From an uncultured delta proteobacterium (GTDB lineage Bacteria > Myxococcota > Myxococcia > Myxococcales > Myxococcaceae), in contig CAVQKE010000004.1 of NCBI GenBank assembly GCA_963713045.1, positions 352,001-416,000 of the forward strand: a DNA stretch of 64,000 nucleotides. Direction: 5' to 3'. Position numbers and translations under genes: made by a program. Below the pieces are notes generated by a model. The model had not been told where the DNA came from and did no database searches. It saw only the letters and a program-made list of their open reading frames with translations. Shown piece after piece: positions 1 to 8,959 of the stretch (within the stretch, counting starts at the first letter, position 1; each line of letters begins with the position of its first letter).

Positions 1-384
1 CAACTCGACGAAGTCGCCTTCGGTGCCCCGCGGGCCGGCTACCTGGAAGCACTTTTCGCGATGGCGGACGAGGCGCGGGTGGTGGAGGAGGGCCAGCAGC
101 TGGTGGGTTATGGCCTCGGCTGGTGCGCGGGCGCGCGGCGGACGCTTGGGCCCGTTGTCGCGGCGGATTCCTTGGTGGCGCTTGCGCTGGCGGAGGAGCT
201 TTCCCAGGGCCACCCCGGCCCACTGCGCATCGACGTGCCAGCCGACTGTCCGGAACTCCTGGGGTGGGCGACCGCTTTCGGGCTGGTGGCCGACCCGCCC
301 GCCCCGTTGATGGTTCTCCATGCCAGCTCGCCTCCGGGGCGCCGCCAATGGCTGCGCGCCCTGGCCATGCCCGGCCTCGGGTGA
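1..384 (+). CDS. GNAT-family acetyltransferase, C-terminal part (5' truncated by window edge)
   Basis: Frame is open from base 1 (QLDEVAFGAPRAGYLEALF...GYGL...LGPVVA...LRIDVP) and ends in ALAMPGLG, resembling the second domain of tandem YitH-like GNATs. Confidence 0.6.
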   Translation, partial: QLDEVAFGAPRAGYLEALFAMADEARVVEEGQQLVGYGLGWCAGARRTLGPVVAADSLVALALAEELSQGHPGPLRIDVPADCPELLGWATAFGLVADPPAPLMVLHASSPPGRRQWLRALAMPGLG

Positions 385-396
385 CGGGACGGCCTT

Positions 397-1185
397 TTAC
401 GGGGAAAAGCCTTCGAGAAACCGGGCGAGGACCTGGTTGAAGGAGGCAGCGACTTCCAGGGAAGGCAGGTGGCCGGCGCCGGGGAATACGGCCAGGGTGG
501 CCTGGGAGGTGAGGCTCGCCATCTCGCGGGCCTTGGCCGGTGGCGTGAGGACGTCGTCTGCGCCCACCGCCACCAGGACAGGGCCGGCAAAGCGGGCGAG
601 AATGTCTCGGCGGTCGGGGCGAAGTGCCATGCCCCGCAGCGCCGCGGCGGCGCCGGCCGGCGGATTGGCGCGGATGAGGTCCGCCACCAGCGTCCGGATT
701 TCCTCGGACGCCGAAGGGCTCAGCAGAGGCGCCAGCTGCCGCCTGACCAGCACCCCCATCCCCCCGGCGAGGACTTCCTGGGCCAGGGCTTCCCGGGCAG
801 CGCGGGTCGCCTCGTTGTCTGCCCCCACCTGGGTGTCGGCCAGCACCAGGCCCCGGACGCGGCCGGGGTCCTGTTGGAGAAGTGCCAAGGCCACGTAGCC
901 TCCCATGGAGGAGCCGCCCACCACCGCCGCCGGAATCCGAAGGTGGTCCAACAGCAGAAGGGCGTCCTCGGCCAGCTCCTCCATGGTGGCAGGGCCCTCG
1001 CCGGCGGCGCTTTGCCCAAAGCCGCGGAGGTCTGGAATCACGAAGCGCGCCTGGGAGGAGAGGGCCGACACCTGTGGGTGGAAGAGGGCGCCGGAGAGGG
1101 GAAAGGAATGCAACAGGAGCACCGGCACCCCGGTGCCCGAGTCCTCGAAGTGAAGCCGCAGGCCTCGCGCGGTGAAGAATCCCAT
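397..1185 (-). CDS. alpha/beta fold hydrolase
   Basis: LLLHSFP, PDLRGFGQS, nucleophile elbow GSSMGG, catalytic His in GAGHL; start trimmed to ATG of MGFFTARG. Confidence 0.9.
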   Translation of the reverse strand: MGFFTARGLRLHFEDSGTGVPVLLLHSFPLSGALFHPQVSALSSQARFVIPDLRGFGQSAAGEGPATMEELAEDALLLLDHLRIPAAVVGGSSMGGYVALALLQQDPGRVRGLVLADTQVGADNEATRAAREALAQEVLAGGMGVLVRRQLAPLLSPSASEEIRTLVADLIRANPPAGAAAALRGMALRPDRRDILARFAGPVLVAVGADDVLTPPAKAREMASLTSQATLAVFPGAGHLPSLEVAASFNQVLARFLEGFSP

Positions 1186-1277
1186 GGCTGGGCGGCGCTC
1201 CCTTTCTTGGACCGAGGGCAGGCTTCCCTGGCAAGCTAGTCGAGACGCACGCACCTCGCACTGGCGCCCCTCTGCCC

Positions 1278-2462
1278 TTGTCCCAACCCCCCTCGCTTCC
1301 CCCCAAGCTTGACGGCGTCCTGCTTCAGGTTCCGGACCCGGCGCTCGCCGCCCGGCTGCGCACGGTGTTTCGGGCAGCGGCCCACACGCTGCACCAGCTT
1401 TCGGACGTGGATTTCGTCCGCTATGAAATACCGGTTGGTGACGCCTCCTGGGATTTGGCCCTGTGGGAGGAGGTGGCGCCGGTCATTGCCGAGACGGTGA
1501 AGGGCGTCAACACCCTGGTGACGTCGGTGCGCAGCGAGCTCGAGCCCCGGGCGCACGGGACGGACCTGGCCTCGCTGCTGGATGCCACGGTGGAGGAAGT
1601 GTCCGTCGACCCGGACCGAATCCGCACGGCAGAAGTGCAGCGCACCCTCCGGCGGGAATCCGATGAACTGGCGGCTTTGGTTGCTCAGCTGGGAGAGCGG
1701 GTGCGCACGCCGGCGGTGGTGTCCGACCGCTGGAACCTCCTGGCGGAGGTGCAGTCATTCCGCAGCCGCTTCCGCGAGCAGGTCGGGAACCTGGTTTTCG
1801 ACGTGGCCAGCCGGTACGCGGACCTCCCGCGCGAGGCGCTGGTTCCTGGTCATGCCGAGGAACTCGAAGCCGCGCTCGCCGTCCGCTCGGCCTTGGCTGA
1901 CTTGCGGCGGACCGTCGATGGCCGCTGTCAGGCCCTGCGCGGGGCAAAGTTTGAAGACGTCCAATGGCACGCCTCTCAGCTGGGTGCTGAGCTCGACGCC
2001 TTCGGCGGGAGCCCCGCCTACCGCTCGCTGCGCGCGCAAGACAAGCGCTTCCTGGTGGAGGCACGGGCCCGGCTTCGGGGGGTGAAGACGGACATTGCCG
2101 GGGCAGGCGAGCTCATCCTCACCTTCGCGGGCGAATTCGCCACCTGGCTGCGCGGTCTGTCGGCCGTCAGCCAACGGGCGATGCTGGTCGAACACGACCA
2201 CGCCGCCTGGGCGGCGACCGCGGTGCGGTTGGAGCAGGCCGAGGAGTGGCTCGGCGCGCACCCCGCGCGCGCCGCCCGGGAGCTCGCCGAGGCCGCGGTT
2301 CTTGCTCGGCAGCTGCACGGACGAGACGCCCCGTTGGACGACTTCCTTGGGAGCCACAGCCCCGAGATGCTGGCGCAGTTGCCCCCGGCGGAGGCCCGGA
2401 CGGTGGTGGAGGACTTCCGCCGCGTGCTGGCTGGACTGGCCGAAACCGAGTCGGACGGCTGA
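1278..2462 (+). CDS. hypothetical all-helical protein
   Basis: 394-aa ORF with coding-like composition, TTG start, first gene of a tightly packed + strand run; no recognisable motif. Confidence 0.7.
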   Translation: MSQPPSLPPKLDGVLLQVPDPALAARLRTVFRAAAHTLHQLSDVDFVRYEIPVGDASWDLALWEEVAPVIAETVKGVNTLVTSVRSELEPRAHGTDLASLLDATVEEVSVDPDRIRTAEVQRTLRRESDELAALVAQLGERVRTPAVVSDRWNLLAEVQSFRSRFREQVGNLVFDVASRYADLPREALVPGHAEELEAALAVRSALADLRRTVDGRCQALRGAKFEDVQWHASQLGAELDAFGGSPAYRSLRAQDKRFLVEARARLRGVKTDIAGAGELILTFAGEFATWLRGLSAVSQRAMLVEHDHAAWAATAVRLEQAEEWLGAHPARAARELAEAAVLARQLHGRDAPLDDFLGSHSPEMLAQLPPAEARTVVEDFRRVLAGLAETESDG

Positions 2463-2485
2463 CGCGTGTGGCTGCGACGTCAGCC

Positions 2486-3274
2486 ATGACGCCGCTCAAG
2501 TCGGCCAACCTCCGCCACGTCCGCGGCGTCTTCACCGACGTCGACGGCACGCTGACCACCGGGGGGCTCCTGCGCGCCTCCACCCTCCGCGCGCTGGAGC
2601 GACTGCACCAGGCTGGGCTTCCGGTGGTGCTGGTGACTGGACGGCCGTCGGGCTACGCCGAGGCATGGCTGCGGACGCTTCCCGTGGCTGGCGTGATTGC
2701 TGAAAATGGGGGCCTCTATGTGGTGCGAGGCCGTGCTGGGAGACTGCGCAAGGTGTATGCGCAATCGCGGCTGGCGCGGGCCCGCAGCCGGGGACGACTG
2801 GTCCGGGAAGTCGCCGCCGCGCTTCTGGCCGTCCCGGGAGCGCGACTCTCGACGGACAGTCGGTTTGCCGAGGTGGACTTGGCGGTGGACTACAACGAGG
2901 ACGTGAAACTCGGCGCCCGTGCCGCGGGAAGGCTGGAAACCTTCCTCCGAAGCCGTGGGCTGCACGCCGTGCGCTCCAGCGTGCACGTCAACGCTTGGGT
3001 GGGAAACTTCAACAAGGCGTGGATGGTGCGGCGCTTCTTACGTCAAGAGTGGCGCAGTAGCCTCCAGAAGGCCCAGCAGGCCTTTGTCTACGTGGGAGAC
3101 AGCTTCAACGACGCTCCGTTGTTTGCCGCCTTCCATCTCAGCATTGGGGTAGCCAACGTCCGCGCCGTCTTGGACGAACTGAGTGACCCACCCCGTTACG
3201 TGACGCGGGCCGCCGAGGGCCGCGGCTTCGAGGAAGTCGCACGGGCGCTTCTTCGGCAAAAGGCGCGACGGTGA
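2486..3274 (+). CDS. HAD-IIB family hydrolase
   Basis: Motif I FTDVDGTL, motif II VTGR, IAENGG, motif IV VGDSFND; start at ATG of MTPLKS. Confidence 0.9.
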   Translation: MTPLKSANLRHVRGVFTDVDGTLTTGGLLRASTLRALERLHQAGLPVVLVTGRPSGYAEAWLRTLPVAGVIAENGGLYVVRGRAGRLRKVYAQSRLARARSRGRLVREVAAALLAVPGARLSTDSRFAEVDLAVDYNEDVKLGARAAGRLETFLRSRGLHAVRSSVHVNAWVGNFNKAWMVRRFLRQEWRSSLQKAQQAFVYVGDSFNDAPLFAAFHLSIGVANVRAVLDELSDPPRYVTRAAEGRGFEEVARALLRQKARR

Positions 3275-4473
3275 ACGTCGTCCGCCTGGCGCTGCGCCCC
3301 GGCCTGGCGCGCCATCTGCGTGCCGGGCACCCCTGGGTATTCCGCAAGGGCCTTCAAGGGTTGCCACGCATTCCGCCGGGGAGCGTGGTGGACCTCACCG
3401 AAGGGGGAAAATTCGTCGCCCGCGGCTACTTCGACCCGCACAGTCCGATTGCGGTGCGCGTCCTCACCCGGGACGTGCGAGAGGCGATTGACCAGACCTT
3501 CGTCGAGGGCAGAGTGGCGCGGGCCCTGCGCTTGCGACGGCAGCTGCTGGACCTCTCGGCCACCGACGCCTTCCGCTGGGTCCACGGGGAAGGCGATGGG
3601 CTCCCCGGCGTGGTGGTGGACCTCTACGGCCGCCTGGCGGTGGTTAAGCTGTATTCGGCCGGGCTGACTGCGTACCGGCCGATGCTGGTGTCGGCGCTGC
3701 GCTCGGTGCTGCCCGAACTCACCGGCATTCTCGGCCGTGACCAGCCCGGCGACGGCGACACGCTGGAAGAGGACGAGGGGCGGGGCGGGGGGCGGCTGCT
3801 GTGGGGTGCGGCGCCGGAAACACTCACCATCCAGGAAAAGGGAGTCCGCTTTCGCGTCGACCCCTGGCGCGGGCAGAAGACGGGTTTCTTCCTCGACCAG
3901 CGCGAGAACCGCGCCCTGGTGCGCTCCGTGGCGCGGGGGGCGCGGGTCCTCAACTGTTTTTGCTTCTCCGGCGGCTTCAGCGTCAACGCGGCGTTGGGAG
4001 GCGCAACCCACGTCTTTAGCGTCGACCAGGACGCAGACGCCATTGCCCTCGCCCGCGAGAATTTCCGCGAGAACGGCCTTGACCCTGAGCGCCATGACTT
4101 CCTCGCCGCCGACGCCTTTCGCCTCCTCCAGTCCTTTCGGGAGGAGGGGCGGCAGTTTGAGATGGTGGTGCTTGACCCGCCGGCCTTTGCCAAGACGCAG
4201 CGGGCGGTGGAGGCGGCGCTGGACGGCTACGCCTCGTTGAATCGCCAGGCCCTGGCGCTGGTTGCGCCGGGGGGCCTGCTGGCCACCTCCTCCTGCTCGG
4301 CCCGGGTGTCGCCGGAGGCCTTTCTCGCAGCGCTGAAGGAGGCCGCGGGCAAAGCGGGTGTCGACTTGACGCTGGTGGAGGAGCGCTACCAACCGGCCGA
4401 CCATCCCGTCGCGCTCGCCTTTCCAGAGGGCCGCTACCTGAAATTCCACATTTTCCGGGTGCAGCCGTGGTGA
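3271..4473 (+). CDS. class I SAM-dependent rRNA m5C methyltransferase (RlmI/RlmK type)
   Basis: PUA-like GHPWVF, HGEGDGLPG, GQKTGFFLDQRENR, VVLDPPAF, SSCS, YLK; GTGA overlap with upstream gene. Confidence 0.9.
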   Translation: MNVVRLALRPGLARHLRAGHPWVFRKGLQGLPRIPPGSVVDLTEGGKFVARGYFDPHSPIAVRVLTRDVREAIDQTFVEGRVARALRLRRQLLDLSATDAFRWVHGEGDGLPGVVVDLYGRLAVVKLYSAGLTAYRPMLVSALRSVLPELTGILGRDQPGDGDTLEEDEGRGGGRLLWGAAPETLTIQEKGVRFRVDPWRGQKTGFFLDQRENRALVRSVARGARVLNCFCFSGGFSVNAALGGATHVFSVDQDADAIALARENFRENGLDPERHDFLAADAFRLLQSFREEGRQFEMVVLDPPAFAKTQRAVEAALDGYASLNRQALALVAPGGLLATSSCSARVSPEAFLAALKEAAGKAGVDLTLVEERYQPADHPVALAFPEGRYLKFHIFRVQPW

Positions 4474-5095
4474 CCAAAGGGCAGTTTTTGGAACGCTCCA
4501 CCATCATCCCGACGGCGGGCGGTGTCCTCGAAGGCCTCTCGCACCGCGGAACGCTGACTCCGCCGCTCCTCATCGTCCCGCCCCCCCCGGGAAGGGCGGG
4601 ATGGAGCAGCCGGTGGCGGCGGAACTGGCCTGGGCCGTCACCCAGGCTGGCCACCCCACGCTGCGCTTCAACTTTCGCGGCGTCGGTGCAAGTGCCGGGC
4701 AGCCCGGAGGCGAGCAGGCCCAAGCGCAGGACATTGAGGCCGCGATGCGCGTGCTGGAGGAGAACACCCGCACCGCGGCTTTGGCCCTGGCCTCGCTCGG
4801 GGGCTCGGCTGCGACGGTGCTGGGTCTTGAAGGCATGCACCCCGGGCTGGCCGGGCTAGCGCTGGTCAGTCCGCTGGGCGTGGAGGTGGAGGAGCTGGCG
4901 CGGGTGCGACATCCGCTGTTGGTGGTGGTGGGGGAGCAGGAGCCGCTCCCGCGCGCTGCCCTGGCGGCCGCGGTGGCCGAGGCCGGTGGGAGGCTGGTGG
5001 TGGTTGCGGGTACCGATGCGCGCTTTCTTCGCAACCTCCCGGAGGTGGGCCGCGCTGTGGCCCAATGGCTGCCAGGGCTCGCGCCAAGTGCTTGA
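4467..5095 (+). CDS. alpha/beta hydrolase-fold protein, frameshifted near 4580-4600 (probably an indel artefact)
   Basis: N-part MVTKGQFLER...LLIVPPPP (4467 frame) and C-part MEQPVAAELA...TLRFNFRGVGAS...SLGG (4601 frame) meet at a C8/G-rich homopolymer run. Confidence 0.7.
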
Positions 5096-5182
5096 AAGGA
5101 CGGGCCATGGCGCACTGGGACAATGGCGCCGCGGTTTCTGCGTAAGAAGGTAGATTGCTGCGGAGGTTGGAAGAGCGTGTCC

Positions 5183-6951
5183 ATGCGCGCGGTGGTGGTG
5201 GGAGTGTTGGGCAGTGCGTTGGTGGCCTGCAGCGCTGGGCCGCGCCATGACAAGCGGACCCGCGCCGGGGACGAAACGGCTGGCCGGGTGCCGGGGCGCG
5301 TGGTGGTGGACTTCCGCGACGGCACCTCGGCGGAGGAGCTTGCCGAGCGCGCGGCAAGCTGGGGCGTCTCGGTTCGCTTTAACTCGGTCGAGGGGCCGCG
5401 GGACGGCGTCGCACTCATCGACGGCGTCGAGGACGTGGACGCGCTGCTGCACACCATTCGGCAAAGCCCCGACGTCGAGTTGGCCGAGCCCCTGCTGACC
5501 TACCAGGCCCAAGCGTGGAGTCCGAACGACCCGCTCTACCCCAAGCAGTGGAACCTCCGGCTCATCGGCATGCCCGAGGCCTGGGAGATGTCGCATGGCA
5601 AGGGCGTCACCGTCGCCGTGTTGGACACCGGCATCGCCTATGAGACGAGCGGTCCCTTCGTCCGAGTGCCAGACCTCCAGGGCGTCCGTTTCGCCCCGGG
5701 GTACGACTTCGTGCATGACGGCGAGCACCCCAACGACGACAACGGCCACGGGACGCACGTGGCGGGCACCATCGCCCAGGCCACCAACAACGGCGAGGGC
5801 GTCGCGGGGATTGCTTTCGAAGCGACGCTGATGCCCATCAAGGTTCTGGACGCGGCCGGCACTGGGAACTCGGCCGACATCGCCGATGGCATCCGCTGGG
5901 CAGTGGACCACGGCGCCCAGGTGCTGAACCTCTCCCTGGGTGGTTTCGGCTACAGCCGCGTCATCGAAAATGCGGTGGCCTATGCCAGGCGCCACGGAGC
6001 GGTGGTGGTGGCGGCGGCCGGCAACCATGGGGCCGGAACGGTGGCCTACCCGGCGGCCTACGCCGGCGCCGTCGGCGTCGGTGCAGTCGGGCCGGATGGG
6101 ACGCGAACGCCGTACTCAGCCTGGGGAGAACAGCTGGACCTCTTGGCGCCCGGTGGCGACAAGCGGCAGGGCGAGGAGGGAGGCATTCTGCAAGCCACCA
6201 TCGCCAAAGGCGCTCCGGGCCAGCCCCTGTACGCTTCCTTTCAGGGCACCTCCATGGCGACCCCGCACGTCTCGGGTGTCGCGGCGCTTCTTTTCGCCGC
6301 GGGCGCGAAAACGCCGGACCAGGTGGAGCAGGCCCTGTACGCCGGTGCCTCCGGCGCAGGGGGTTGGGACGCCCAGCGCGGGCACGGGCTGTTGGATGCC
6401 GCTGGGGCGTTGCGCGCGCTGGGGGCGAGCAGGCCGGTGGACTGGCAGCCGCTGGCCGCGAGCGTGGCCATCCTGATGCTGCTGCTTCTTTCGCTGAATC
6501 CCAAAGTGCGCCCCGGGGGCGTCCTCAACGTCCTACTCGACCCGAAGTTGCTTCTGCCCCTGTTGCTCTCCTCGGTAGGCTTTTTCGTCCTTCGTGTCAT
6601 CTGGCAGAAGTGGGTGGGAAGTTCCCCGGCCGCGGTGAACGCGCTCTCCTTGCCCATTCCGGACTGGAGCGAATCATCTTCGGACGAGGCCGGCTGGCCC
6701 ACCCCTTCTTCTACAGCGCGCTGGTGCCGTTGCTGCTAGCGGTGCCGGCGATGGCTTGGAAGGGCTTCCGGCCGGTGGCGGCCGGGATTGCCCTCGGCTT
6801 TGCCGGTTTTCTGGCCTACGCCGCCTGGACGCAGGCTCCCGGGCTGTCCTGGCTGCCCTTTCGGGCCTTGGCGCTGCCGTGGCTGGTGGGCAATGCCATT
6901 GCCTGCGCCGTGCTTGCCCGGGCACTGTTGGCGAAGCGGGAGAAGGCATGA
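5183..6951 (+). CDS. S8 (subtilisin-like) serine peptidase lipoprotein with C-terminal membrane domain; frameshift at ~6666
   Basis: Lipobox LVAC; triad VAVLDTG, HGTHVAG, GTSMATPHV; adding one G to TGGAGCGA gives PIPDW-ERIIFGRG and joins the hydrophobic 6364-6951 frame. Confidence 0.88.
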
Positions 6952-7160
6952 AACTGAAGGGCCGCGTGACATTTCGGGACTTGGGTGCCGGGGCGTGGGT
7001 GCTGGAAGCTGAGGATGGAAAGCACTACGAATTGCTGGGCGACACCGGACGGCTGAAGGACGGCGGGCGGGTGGAGGTGGAAGGCGACCTCGACGCCGGA
7101 GCAGTGAGCACCGCCATGGCTGGCGCTGCGCTCCGCGTGAAGCGCTGGACGTCGCGCTAG
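6948..7160 (+). CDS. small OB-fold-like hypothetical protein (70 aa)
   Basis: ATGA overlap with the peptidase stop, SD-like GGAG upstream; MKLKGRV...WVLEAEDGKHYELLG...VEVEG. Confidence 0.7.
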   Translation: MKLKGRVTFRDLGAGAWVLEAEDGKHYELLGDTGRLKDGGRVEVEGDLDAGAVSTAMAGAALRVKRWTSR

Positions 7161-8284
7161 GGCGACTTCGCGCTGGACAGCGCGCGGGTGCGCTCGCCGA
7201 GCGCACGGCGGCTCTCCAAATAGCTGTCCAGGGAGGCCTTGCCAGCGTGGACGTTTTCCCGAAGCGCCTTCAAGTCGGCGCGCGCCGAGCGAACTTCGGC
7301 CGGCTCGTCGTCCCGGGCCACCGGCAGCTCGACCCGCCAGTCGGCCACGCCGAGCTCGACCCCCCTGCGGTCAAGGAGGAGCCAACCGAGGGCGCACACC
7401 GAGGCCGCCACCAGCCAGGGCGCAAAGGCGCGCCCCAGCGGTATGCGGGGTCGCTCGAAGTCCATCGGCCGCGCCTTCCCCCAGACGGATGGGAAATGCC
7501 GGGCCAATAGCAGAAGCATCAAGAGGGCGATGATGCCCATCCCCGCCATGCCGATGACTTGCGTCGTCGACATCTCCACCGCCGCTTCGGGCACGGAGTT
7601 TCGCCCGAGGAAGTACAGCGCGAGAGACGTCGCGTTGGTGGTGGCGTGGGCCACCATGCATGGCACCAGAGAACCGGTGCGCTGGAAGAGGAGCCCGAAG
7701 AGGAGCCCCAACTCGAGCAGCGCGGGAAACCACACCGGGTTGAGGTGGACCACGGCGAAGAGAAGCGCCGTTCGGGAAATGGCCTCGAAGGGGTGCCCTC
7801 CCGCCGCGGCCAGGCCCTGCTGCACCACGCCGCGGAACAAAAACTCCTCGCAGAAGGCCGCGGCGAACACCGTTCCTAGACAGAAGAGCCAGAGGTCCAA
7901 CGCGGAGAACTGGTCCAGGACGTGGGTGATGTCCACCACCTCGCGCCAGCTTTGTGGGGCCAAGTGCTCGCTGAGGGCGTTGATGGGGGCGGCCAGTCCA
8001 AAGAAATTCGCGAGCGCCAGGGCGAAGGCGAAGAGCACCGCCGGCCAGCCTGGCCAGCTCAACCGGACGTAGGCCGCCGGGGCGCGCCCGCTCCAGCGGG
8101 TGAGGGCCCAAGTGACACCCAACAGGCAGAACACTTCGTTGAACCAGACTCCGACCGCCGGGCTCAGCCGTTCGACAAAGAAACCGCCAACGGAAGCGAC
8201 GAGGAAGGCCGCCAGCGCGGCCCACGCCAGGCGCTGAGGTGGGACAAGCGGACGCGGGTCGGGGTTCACGGAGGAAAGCGCCAC
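7157..8284 (-). CDS. CPBP (CAAX/Abi) family intramembrane glutamic protease
   Basis: EEFLFRG, FAVVH, HATTN motifs in a multi-TM protein. Confidence 0.9.
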   Translation of the reverse strand: MALSSVNPDPRPLVPPQRLAWAALAAFLVASVGGFFVERLSPAVGVWFNEVFCLLGVTWALTRWSGRAPAAYVRLSWPGWPAVLFAFALALANFFGLAAPINALSEHLAPQSWREVVDITHVLDQFSALDLWLFCLGTVFAAAFCEEFLFRGVVQQGLAAAGGHPFEAISRTALLFAVVHLNPVWFPALLELGLLFGLLFQRTGSLVPCMVAHATTNATSLALYFLGRNSVPEAAVEMSTTQVIGMAGMGIIALLMLLLLARHFPSVWGKARPMDFERPRIPLGRAFAPWLVAASVCALGWLLLDRRGVELGVADWRVELPVARDDEPAEVRSARADLKALRENVHAGKASLDSYLESRRALGERTRALSSAKSP

Positions 8285-8344
8285 AGAAACTTGCCACCCC
8301 TGGGGGCGCTGTGAAAGCCTCTTTGCGACTCAACTCCCCCTTCC

Positions 8345-8869
8345 ATGCTGCGCAAGTTCTGCATCCTCGCCTCGGCGACCCTGGTTGTCTCCGGTTGCCA
8401 TCGGCAGCCCGCTGCGCCTGATTCGCTGCCGGCGAGTTTTGCCGTGCAGAGGCTTTCCGGCGAGCACCTCACCGCGGCACAGATGCGAGGTTCGCCCTGG
8501 GTAGTCAACTTCTGGCTGCCCACTTGAAAGGTCTGCGCTCGGGAGTTGCCCGAGTTGGACGCGGTGGCGGCACAGATGGCGGGCACGCCAGTTCACTTTC
8601 TGGCCGTTTCCCTGGAGGCCGACGCGCGACGGGTGCGGGTCGCGGTCGAAACGCTCAAGCTGCGGCTGCCGGTGGCCACGGCCGAGTCGGAGATGCTGGG
8701 GCCGCTTGGGCTGGACAGCGTCCCGGCCACCATCTTCATCGACGCATCGGGCCGGGTCGTCGCCCGGGTGCGGACGGCCTCGGGGGAGGAGCTGAAGGCC
8801 CAAGCCGAGCAGCTGCTCGGTCCTTCGGCCGCTGCCGCGAGCACGCTGCCGAGGCTGGCGGCCCACTAG
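8345..8869 (+). CDS. TlpA/thioredoxin-fold lipoprotein with in-frame TGA at 8525-8527 (candidate selenocysteine, UxxC)
   Basis: ORFs 8345-8527 and 8546-8869 share one frame; readthrough gives VVNFWLPT-U-KVC-ARELPEL...LAVS...VPATIFID (174 aa); lipobox VSGC. Confidence 0.8.
8531..8560 (+). promoter_or_regulatory. candidate bacterial SECIS element
   Basis: CTCGGG (8538-8543) pairs with CCCGAG (8549-8554), loop AGTTG, 10 nt after the TGA; lower stem GTCT/GGAC possible. Confidence 0.6.
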
Positions 8870-8959
8870 GCTTTTTTGGGGGGGCTGGCCACCCGAAACC
8901 AGGGGCGACGCCCGGGCGCACCCTCCGCCGCTAGGCTTTGAAACGACATCCCTCTTGCC

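Noticed and set aside
4575..4605. Programmed frameshift in the alpha/beta hydrolase
   Set aside because: The break lies in a C/G homopolymer region, and the window has other indel errors; an artefact is more parsimonious
8345..8527. 60-aa ORF and separate 107-aa ORF (8546-8869) as two genes
   Set aside because: They are the two halves of one thioredoxin fold in the same frame, split at the catalytic codon
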